Source: Candidatus Moraniibacteriota bacterium | GTDB taxonomy: Bacteria; Patescibacteriota; Minisyncoccia; Moranbacterales; UBA1568 | NCBI GenBank assembly: GCA_028688415.1 | Contig: JAQTYF010000001.1 | Location: 10,385-74,384, forward strand | Reading direction: 5' to 3' | Length of the DNA: 64,000 nt | Shown here: in pieces, positions 57,459-64,000 of the stretch | Numbering within the stretch: position 1 is the stretch's first letter | Layout: each line of letters opens with the position of its first letter | Made by a program: the position numbers and the translations under genes | Notes under the pieces: generated by a model | Told to the model about the DNA's origin: nothing | Seen by the model: only the letters and a program-made list of their open reading frames with translations | The model's database searches: none

Positions 57459-58073
57459 ATGAATACAAACACACGTTTCCTATCGTGGTTGACAGGTATA
57501 TACGTCGTTCTTTTTTTGCTTCTCTCCATCAATCCAATTGATCGCACGACGTGGTTTGTCGAGAATCTGACGGTATGGATTATTCTCGCAGGAATACTCG
57601 GTCTCTTCTGGGGCGGGGTGCGTTTTTCACGCACTGCGTATGCGCTTATGTTCGTCCTCATTTATATGCATACTATTGGGGGGCATTATACTTTTGCCCT
57701 CGTTCCTTTTGATTGGGTCACTGATTTTTTTGGATTTACACGCAATCATTATGATCGTGTCGCTCATTTCACAGTCGGTTTCTATGCGTTCGCCATTGCA
57801 GAATATCTCTGGACCAAGAAACTTGTTGTAGGGAAATTCCTTTTGTTCACGTATCCTGTTTTTGTGATTGCGACACTTGCGATGAGTTATGAGCTTATTG
57901 AATGGATCTATGCTGCCACAGCCAATCCAGAAGCAGGGATGGCCTATCTCGGGAGTCAGGGAGACATCTGGGATGCTCAGAAAGATATGCTCGCAGATAC
58001 TCTTGGTGCTCTTTCTGCAATGATGCTTTTTTTCTGGTCGAAGAATATCTGGAAGAAAAGAGAAAATATTTGA
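57459..58073 (+). CDS. Hypothetical integral membrane protein (possibly YjdF/DUF2238-like)
   Basis: Five or six TM helices. Weak resemblance to the DUF2238 N-terminal pattern. Confidence 0.45.
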   Translation: MNTNTRFLSWLTGIYVVLFLLLSINPIDRTTWFVENLTVWIILAGILGLFWGGVRFSRTAYALMFVLIYMHTIGGHYTFALVPFDWVTDFFGFTRNHYDRVAHFTVGFYAFAIAEYLWTKKLVVGKFLLFTYPVFVIATLAMSYELIEWIYAATANPEAGMAYLGSQGDIWDAQKDMLADTLGALSAMMLFFWSKNIWKKRENI

Positions 58074-58077
58074 ACAT

Positions 58078-58809
58078 ATGCGAGAAATAATTATGGGTAC
58101 GGTGGCAGGCGTTATGCTGAGTATGCTGGGCGTCGTATTGTTTTATCTGTATGTATCAGATGATTCGTATCGTTTTGATACGCCCCAGAGCATTCCTTGT
58201 ACCGAAGAAGTAATGCTTTGTGCAGATGGATCTTCTGTAAGTCGCACTGGCTTGCAATGTGAATTTGCACCATGTCCGACTTCTGTTCTACCAGATATTC
58301 GTAAAGAGGTTTTTGGAGCACCGCTTGATCAGGCAAGCGAGAGAATAATGAAGAAACCATTTGGCATCTTGATCGATTCGAAGACATCCCCGGTACAGCC
58401 CGAGCGATTTGGTGGCTATCATACGGGGACTGATTTTGAAACATTTCCGAATGAAAAATCTGTCGATGTTTCGGTGCGTGCGATATGTACAGGAGAGATA
58501 AATATGAAACGACAGGCTTCTGGATATGGGGGACTGGTTGTACAACAGTGTACTTTGGATGGAGAGGCAATATCGATTGTCTATGGTCACCTCGCTCTTA
58601 GGAGTGTGACAGCAGAGAAGGGTGATATTCTCATACAAGGAGATGTGATAGGAATCTTGGAGATGGCAGAGAGTATTGATACGGACGGTGAGCGCAAGCA
58701 TCTTCATCTTGGAATATTCAGAGGTGATGCAATAAATATTCTTGGCTATGTTCCTTCACAGAAAGAACTTGACCAATGGATTGATCCCTGTATTCTCGTC
58801 TGTAAATAA
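58078..58809 (+). CDS. M23-family metallopeptidase (LytM/lysostaphin-like), membrane-anchored
   Basis: N-terminal TM helix. M23 motifs GYHTGTDFE (HxxxD) and KHLHLGI (HxH). Confidence 0.65.
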   Translation: MREIIMGTVAGVMLSMLGVVLFYLYVSDDSYRFDTPQSIPCTEEVMLCADGSSVSRTGLQCEFAPCPTSVLPDIRKEVFGAPLDQASERIMKKPFGILIDSKTSPVQPERFGGYHTGTDFETFPNEKSVDVSVRAICTGEINMKRQASGYGGLVVQQCTLDGEAISIVYGHLALRSVTAEKGDILIQGDVIGILEMAESIDTDGERKHLHLGIFRGDAINILGYVPSQKELDQWIDPCILVCK

Positions 58810-58830
58810 CAAAACAAAGTAAGAACACTT

Positions 58831-59097
58831 ATGGCGACTCTTTTCATTGATGTTCGTACCAAGGAAGAATATAAGAAACGTCATGTGACGGGTGCGATGA
58901 ATCTTCCTGTTGAGGAAATAATCGACGGAAAACTTGGCATGCTTCATGATATGAATCGTGACACAGTACTGTATCTTTATTGTCGGTCTGGCGGTCGCGC
59001 AGAAAAAGCGAAGGAAATTCTTTTTTCTCTTGGTTTTACAAATGTTTCCAATCTTGGTTGGCTTGAGAACGCAGAAAACTTTTCTCGTGAGCAATAA
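58831..59097 (+). CDS. Single-domain rhodanese-like sulfurtransferase
   Basis: Active-site loop YLYCRSGGRAEKA (CRxGxR). 88 aa. Confidence 0.75.
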   Translation: MATLFIDVRTKEEYKKRHVTGAMNLPVEEIIDGKLGMLHDMNRDTVLYLYCRSGGRAEKAKEILFSLGFTNVSNLGWLENAENFSREQ

Positions 59098-59186
59098 GTA
59101 TTCCTTTGGTGATCTGGAGTTTGATGGCAAAACAACAGAATAATGTGGTATGATAGGAAGGTAAAAGAGAAAACTCTATCGAATAT

Positions 59187-59570
59187 ATGTATAAGCGTCG
59201 TCTTTTAGATGTAAAAAAATTGATTGATTTTTGGTCTATACCACATTTCCTTTTTGGTACGTTGCTTGCTCTTGCAACGATTACTTTCGTTCTCTCGATC
59301 GAATACATGTTTCTTGTTACACTATTCTTGGCTATTGTGTGGGAATTGATTGAGATGAAATGGAGACTCTGCGAAGCACCAGGCAATGGTTTTGTAGATG
59401 TTCTTCTCGCACTCGTAGGCTTTACAGTGACGTTTCTTCTGGTAAATCGCGTAGGGGTGAGTCCAGAGCGGTATGGTTCTCTTTTGATTTTCACAACTTT
59501 GCTCTTTTTGTGTTTGAATTTTTTCGCATGGCGAGCTCGCTTCGAACACGACAGAGAGTTTCAAGGGTAA
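59187..59570 (+). CDS. Hypothetical membrane protein (127 aa)
   Basis: Three or four hydrophobic helices. Confidence 0.45.
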   Translation: MYKRRLLDVKKLIDFWSIPHFLFGTLLALATITFVLSIEYMFLVTLFLAIVWELIEMKWRLCEAPGNGFVDVLLALVGFTVTFLLVNRVGVSPERYGSLLIFTTLLFLCLNFFAWRARFEHDREFQG

Positions 59571-59588
59571 TTCATATAAAAAAAGAAT

Positions 59589-59990
59589 ATGGCAGAAGAA
59601 CAAGATATTTGGGAAAGAAAAAAAGTATGTATCATCGATGATAACGAAGATATTCGTTCTATTTATCAGACGAAATTCAGCGCGGAAGGATTTGAAGTCT
59701 TTATGGCCGTGAATGGAGAAGAGGGATTGAAAGTTATCAACCAAGCAAAACCAGATATTATTCTTTTGGATATAGAAATGCCAATCATGAATGGAATAGA
59801 GGTTTTGAAAAAACTTCGCGAAGATACTGCGTTATCACGTATTCCAGTGATTATGCTTACCAATCAAGATAGTGAAGATTCTTTTCGTACCGTTGGAAAA
59901 TTTGATACACAATTTTACATTATCAAATCTCTCGCTACTCCTCAGAAGGTAGTGAATATTGTCAGGGAAGTATTGCGTGCCAGAAGATAA
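59589..59990 (+). CDS. Stand-alone response regulator receiver domain (CheY-like)
   Basis: Receiver motifs: acidic pocket IIDDNED, phospho-acceptor LLDIEMP, and MLT...KS region. 133 aa. Confidence 0.8.
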   Translation: MAEEQDIWERKKVCIIDDNEDIRSIYQTKFSAEGFEVFMAVNGEEGLKVINQAKPDIILLDIEMPIMNGIEVLKKLREDTALSRIPVIMLTNQDSEDSFRTVGKFDTQFYIIKSLATPQKVVNIVREVLRARR

Positions 59991-60009
59991 TTCACCGATA
60001 GCTTTCCTT

Positions 60010-60411
60010 ATGATTCCCTGGAAAAAAGAATATTGTCTCGGTATTGAATCTATTGATACCCAGCACAAACAACTGATAGATATTATCAATGTTTTGTCTC
60101 AAAGGATTGCGAGTGGTATAGCCAAGCACGATGTTGAGATAGCTATCGTTGATATGGAACGCTATGTACAGACACATTTTCTTTTTGAAGAGAAATTTTT
60201 TACGGCTTGTCGTTACGAAAAGACATCAGAACATATCGCAGAGCACCATCTTTTTCTTGAAAAAACTCAAGAGTTTCGTACACGAGCTCTGACAGGAGAT
60301 ATCTCTCTTTCTCTCGAAATGCTTGGCTATCTCGAGGATTGGTTCTTGCATCATGTACTTGTCATCGATAGGCAGTACGTGGACGACTTCAAGAAGTTTG
60401 GCGTACAATAG
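60010..60411 (+). CDS. Hemerythrin-like (bacteriohemerythrin) protein. Start taken at MIPWKKEY (60010).
   Basis: W-x-x-E/Y...GIESIDTQHKQL (hemerythrin HHE cation-binding N-terminus), with further His/Glu ligand positions downstream. Confidence 0.65.
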   Translation: MIPWKKEYCLGIESIDTQHKQLIDIINVLSQRIASGIAKHDVEIAIVDMERYVQTHFLFEEKFFTACRYEKTSEHIAEHHLFLEKTQEFRTRALTGDISLSLEMLGYLEDWFLHHVLVIDRQYVDDFKKFGVQ

Positions 60412-60429
60412 ATCATACAATAAAAATAT

Positions 60430-61644
60430 TTGAGCACTATGCAAAAAAGTTATTTGCCAGTTTTGTTTTTTACACTTTTGATCGATATGATCGGCATTGG
60501 AATGATTATTCCTATCATACCGATTATTTTCACTGATCCATCATCGCCACATTTTCTTCTGGTTCATTATTCGACAGGGGAGCAGTATGTGTTCGCTGGT
60601 GCTGTGACGGCACTTTTTGGACTGATGCAATTTATCACCGCGCCACTTTTAGGAGAACTCTCTGATGTGTTCGGGAGGAAGCGACTTCTCACTATCGGAG
60701 TTGGTATTCTTGCGCTCTCTCAGATTCTTTTTGGATTTGGTATCGAGATTGTTTCTCTTCCGCTTATCATTCTCAGCCGTGCAATTGCTGGTATTGCTGG
60801 TGCGAACTTCAGTATCGCTCAAGCAAGCATTGCCGATGTGACCGCACCGAAAGACCGTGCGAAGAACTTCGGACTGATTGGAGCAGCATTTGGTCTAGGA
60901 TTCATCATTGGTCCGATGCTTGGAGGATTCATCGCCTCTACCACTGGGAGCCCTGCAGCACCGTTTTGGTTGGCAGGTATGCTTGGCGTGTTGAATGTGA
61001 TGTCTATCTCTCTTTTCTTGCCAGAGACGAATATGCACAGGAGTGAGAAAAAACATTTTACTCTCCTCAAAGGAATACATAATATCCAATCCGCTCTTCG
61101 TGATAAGAATGAGAAACCTCTTTATATCGCCAACTTCCTCTATGTGTCTGGGTTTACTTTCTTCACTTCGTTTATTAGTATTCTTCTCGTCTCACGATTT
61201 CATTTTACTGAATCCAACATCGGCACCTTCTTTGGTGTGTTGGGAATATGGATTGTTTTCACTCAAGGATTCATTCTTCGTATCTTGACCAAGAAGTATG
61301 ATGAGAGAACGATACTTCGCTACTCACTTCTGTTTCTTATGTCGGGTCTCGCACTCTACGCAATCGTTCCGAGTACTCTACTTCTTTATGTGTTGATGCC
61401 TGTCGTCGCTGTCTCGAATGGACTCTCGATGGCCAACATGGCATCGCTTATTAGTAAGGGCGTCTCCGAGACCAAGCAGGGGGCAGCGCTTGGCATCAAC
61501 GGATCGCTCATGGCACTCTCGCAGGGCATTATCCCTCTTCTCGCAGGATTCGGCTCAGGAGTTGTTGGTATTCAGGGTCCATTTTTCGCTGGTGCGCTTT
61601 CTGTATTCTGTGCTTGGTACATTCTTTTTGATCGTAAGGCATAA
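60430..61644 (+). CDS. MFS transporter
   Basis: 12-TM organisation with MFS motif A-like G..SD.FGRKR (GELSDVFGRKRLL). Confidence 0.8.
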   Translation: MSTMQKSYLPVLFFTLLIDMIGIGMIIPIIPIIFTDPSSPHFLLVHYSTGEQYVFAGAVTALFGLMQFITAPLLGELSDVFGRKRLLTIGVGILALSQILFGFGIEIVSLPLIILSRAIAGIAGANFSIAQASIADVTAPKDRAKNFGLIGAAFGLGFIIGPMLGGFIASTTGSPAAPFWLAGMLGVLNVMSISLFLPETNMHRSEKKHFTLLKGIHNIQSALRDKNEKPLYIANFLYVSGFTFFTSFISILLVSRFHFTESNIGTFFGVLGIWIVFTQGFILRILTKKYDERTILRYSLLFLMSGLALYAIVPSTLLLYVLMPVVAVSNGLSMANMASLISKGVSETKQGAALGINGSLMALSQGIIPLLAGFGSGVVGIQGPFFAGALSVFCAWYILFDRKA

Positions 61645-61815
61645 AGAATCGAAAATGAGTATTTTTGATACGATAAAAAGCTTTATAAAAGGGATAAAGA
61701 GGATTTTCTGATTGACAAAAACGAGAGAGTGCGCTATAATACAAACGTGTAATAAAGGCACAGCAAAAAACGGAGTCGAGTTTTCGCAGTATATAAGCAA
61801 CCGTAAAAAAATCGT

Positions 61816-62013
61816 ATGCAAGGAACTATCAAAACCCTTACAGACCGAGGATTCGGATTCATTTCTCGCGATGGCGAAGCAAAGGATCTTTTCTTCCACT
61901 CTAAGGAACTCGTAGGAGTCACTTACGACGAATTGAAAGTAGGCGACACTGTCTCTTTCGAAGTTGTCAATGGTGAAAAAGGCCCAGCAGCTACAGGCGT
62001 ATCTCGCATCTAG
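61816..62013 (+). CDS. cspA: Cold-shock protein (CspA family)
   Basis: MQGTIKTLTDRGFGFISRDGEAKDLFFH (RNP1 GFGFI and RNP2-like FFH). 65 aa. Confidence 0.9.
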   Translation: MQGTIKTLTDRGFGFISRDGEAKDLFFHSKELVGVTYDELKVGDTVSFEVVNGEKGPAATGVSRI

Positions 62014-62026
62014 TTGTCGCTTTCAA

Positions 62027-62065
62027 GAAACACCCTGAGCTTGTCGAAGGGTGTTTTTTGTTTTT
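62027..62065 (+). terminator. Rho-independent terminator AACACCC-loop-GGGTGTT + T-run after cspA
   Basis: 7-bp stem, 13-nt loop, TTTTTTGTTTTT. Confidence 0.7.
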
Positions 62066-62136
62066 CATTTTCATCTTTTTCCTTCTTGTTATTCCTACTT
62101 TTCTTTATTTTTCCTCTGTCATTTCAACTTCTCCTT

Positions 62137-62167
62137 TGTCATTCTCGCGTAGGCAGGAATCCAGAGT
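62137..62167. repeat. Partial second copy of the TGTCATTCTCGCG(A/T)AGGC(G/A)GGAATC element (compare 3238-3264)
   Basis: 27/31 identity with the left arm of the 3236-3348 element. The right-arm partner is not obvious here. Confidence 0.45.
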
Positions 62168-62244
62168 TTTGTTCTCACTCCGACCCGATGAATTCTACAA
62201 TGGTGTATAATGAGAGTGCTGTTAATTTCTTTTGAAGAACGATT

Positions 62245-62667
62245 ATGACTGCACCATTGTTTAGTATTTTTGCTCTCGGAGCAGAATTTTGTGTGACTGG
62301 CGTCGTGTTCTATGTTATTTGGCAAGCAGTGGAAAAAGTGAAGTTTAACAAAAAGCTCGGTTTTGGCGTGTTGGCATACGAAGTCATCTTCAATATTTCA
62401 TATATGGTCATGAGGTCTCTCGAGCATGTGAATGAGAAGCCGGACGTTGTAGAGAGGCCAGGGGAGACGGCGCTTGTTATTTTTCATGGAACATTTTCGC
62501 TCGTCATGTTTGTCGCGCTGGTCATCTTCTTTGTCATCGCCGAGCGACACTATGCCAAGGGTGAGAATTTCTTCGTCCATCATCATCGTCTGACGAGTAT
62601 CTTCCTCTATGCCTGGGGCATCTCTGTTTTTTCTGGAGCCCTCTTCTTCGTTCGTCTGTATATGTAA
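62245..62667 (+). CDS. Hypothetical membrane protein (140 aa)
   Basis: Four hydrophobic helices. Confidence 0.45.
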   Translation: MTAPLFSIFALGAEFCVTGVVFYVIWQAVEKVKFNKKLGFGVLAYEVIFNISYMVMRSLEHVNEKPDVVERPGETALVIFHGTFSLVMFVALVIFFVIAERHYAKGENFFVHHHRLTSIFLYAWGISVFSGALFFVRLYM

Positions 62668-62692
62668 AGAGTGTAGAAGGGTAAACAGAGTG

Positions 62693-62843
62693 CCAAAAAG
62701 AATATTTTGTTGGTTGCTCCACTTGTTTGAGACGGCTTTCTTTCTTCTAAAAATTTCCTATGGATGCCGTAGAGTGAGGGAATATTTTTAGCAAAGAAAG
62801 AAGGCTTTCGAGGCTGGAGCAGAAACAAAAGATTGCTTTTTGG
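62693..62843 (+). mobile_element. MITE-like element, family 2 copy 2 (direct repeat of 49995-50144)
   Basis: About 97% identity over about 150 bp with copy 1. Confidence 0.65.
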
Positions 62844-63063
62844 TAGTCTGTTCCAGTATCTCGTGTTGTCATAAAAAAGAAAAAAAGAAATGTGCTATAC
62901 TGGGAGTGAAAAGCCTTCAGAAAGGACTGCGAAAAATTGAGACCCACCTGGACTTCCGGGGAAAAATGTAATTTTTTCCGTTAATCTTTTTCAAGGGACT
63001 CAGCCGCTCTCCCGCATTGAAGGCTTTTTATTACCCTGAAAAGATATTGTTCTGTGTTCGAAA

Positions 63064-63477
63064 ATGGTCTATACTGATACTATGAAATACTTCCAAAAAA
63101 CAATCGTATTTAGTTTGATAGTGATGCTTGTATCGTCTGCGGGTGGTTTCTGTATGAACCCGATGATGGCAGAAGCGAACACTTCTGAGATGAACAAGGA
63201 GATGAATCATCTGCTCGTTATGGCACATGATGCTGTGGCCGCACAATCTGAGACATCATCTGCTATCGATGTGTGTATTGTCGATTGTGTTACAACGGTC
63301 CTTCAGATAACCACTACCAAGAAATCTGTTGTTGATCACATTCTGCAAGTTTCTTCTCTTACCCCGCTCACTCTCTTTCGAGGGTCGTCTTCGGATGGGA
63401 TACTCGTGAGCGACGATGCCTTTGGTATTTCGCCGCCGTCACCCGATATCCTTTCTTCTGTTTTCAAACGGGAATAA
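63064..63477 (+). CDS. Hypothetical exported protein (signal-peptide-like N-terminus). Start could be 63082 (MKYFQK).
   Basis: Hydrophobic h-region IVFSLIVMLVSSAGG. Confidence 0.4.
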   Translation: MVYTDTMKYFQKTIVFSLIVMLVSSAGGFCMNPMMAEANTSEMNKEMNHLLVMAHDAVAAQSETSSAIDVCIVDCVTTVLQITTTKKSVVDHILQVSSLTPLTLFRGSSSDGILVSDDAFGISPPSPDILSSVFKRE

Positions 63478-63615
63478 ATTTGTTTTTGACGTTTCTACCA
63501 GGCCCGATTTTTCGGTTGCTCTTTTGGGGACGTCAGAGTACCATTTCTTTAGAGAGAGATGGTTTTTGTTTTTCTTTCGCAGATAATATATCCAAGAGTA
63601 TAAAATACAAAATTT

Positions 63616-64000
63616 ATGAATAAAATAATTGTCGATATTACAGGAATGACCTGTCGTTCGTGCGAGCTTATCACAGAAGATGAGCTCGGTAGTGTGTCTG
63701 GTGTGACCAAAGTGAAAACAAATTTCCGTACAGGAAAAGCGGAACTCTGGTATGATGGCGCGCGGCCGAGCGATACGAGTATTGCTCGTGCGATACAGAA
63801 ATCCGGGTACGCAGTAGGCAAAGGAAAGAAAAACTGGATCAATAATGATGTGTCTGCCTGGGTGGAAACTCTTTTCGCGCTCGGAATCGTCTTTGTGCTG
63901 TTCGTGATTGCTCAATCATTGGGACTCTTCAATATTTCTCTCGGAGCATCTGAGAAACTCACTAATCTCTCATTTGTACTGCTTCTTGGTGTGGTCGCTG
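63616..64000 (+). CDS. Heavy-metal-associated (HMA) domain followed by TM helices. 5' part of a longer membrane protein (e.g. metal transport, CcdA or DsbD-like) that runs off the window.
   Basis: GMTCRSCE metal-binding motif (GMxCxxC) starting at MNKIIVDITGMTCRSCEL. Open through the window end. Confidence 0.55.
   Translation, partial: MNKIIVDITGMTCRSCELITEDELGSVSGVTKVKTNFRTGKAELWYDGARPSDTSIARAIQKSGYAVGKGKKNWINNDVSAWVETLFALGIVFVLFVIAQSLGLFNISLGASEKLTNLSFVLLLGVVA

Overview
The window is AT-rich with compact, mostly co-directional gene blocks. It looks like a small streamlined bacterial genome, and several features fit a Patescibacteria/CPR-like organism: a 23S rRNA interrupted by intervening sequences (one carrying a LAGLIDADG homing-endonuclease ORF), many short hypothetical membrane proteins and few biosynthetic genes. 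This taxonomic reading is inference.

Content from start to end: (i) the 3' part of an rRNA operon (23S with two insertions at the known domain-IV intron hotspot, then 5S plus a duplicated 5S fragment); (ii) cell-envelope and housekeeping genes (SEDS FtsW/RodA, secG, a family-5 solute-binding protein, phosphoglucose/phosphomannose isomerase, manC); (iii) a roughly 17-kb segment bounded by inverted copies of a ~160-bp MITE-like element, which holds tRNA-Leu, RNase J, trpS and a compact operon that is the most unusual content of the window: an AMP-dependent acyl ligase divergent from a type-I-PKS/PUFA-synthase-like set (KS with a truncated cysteine-less second KS fragment, then AT-ACP-KR-DH, an Sfp-type PPTase, a putative AT3-family membrane acyltransferase and a secreted Cys-rich repeat protein); (iv) phosphomannomutase, ychF, groEL without groES, pilB, rel, and a Fur-family regulator with a metal ABC uptake operon; (v) topA, dprA, an FAD-linked oxidase and a degenerate GGDEF (GGDEI) protein; (vi) a tRNA cluster (Ala, Ile, fMet, Met, Asp) containing a 123-bp tandem array seeded by the 3' end of tRNA-fMet and a duplicated tRNA-Asp 3' end, both resembling integration att scars; (vii) queH, a Pif1/RecD-like helicase, an ABC exporter, an ECF sigma/anti-sigma pair, PhoH-PIN, an M23 peptidase, rhodanese, a response regulator plus hemerythrin, an MFS transporter, cspA, and a partial HMA-domain gene at the window end.

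Several small structured repeat families are scattered through the window: two MITE-like families sharing terminal inverted repeats, a conserved-core hairpin with covarying stems, a GC-rich palindrome and a tetO-like palindrome. No CRISPR array, transposase or integrase gene was found.
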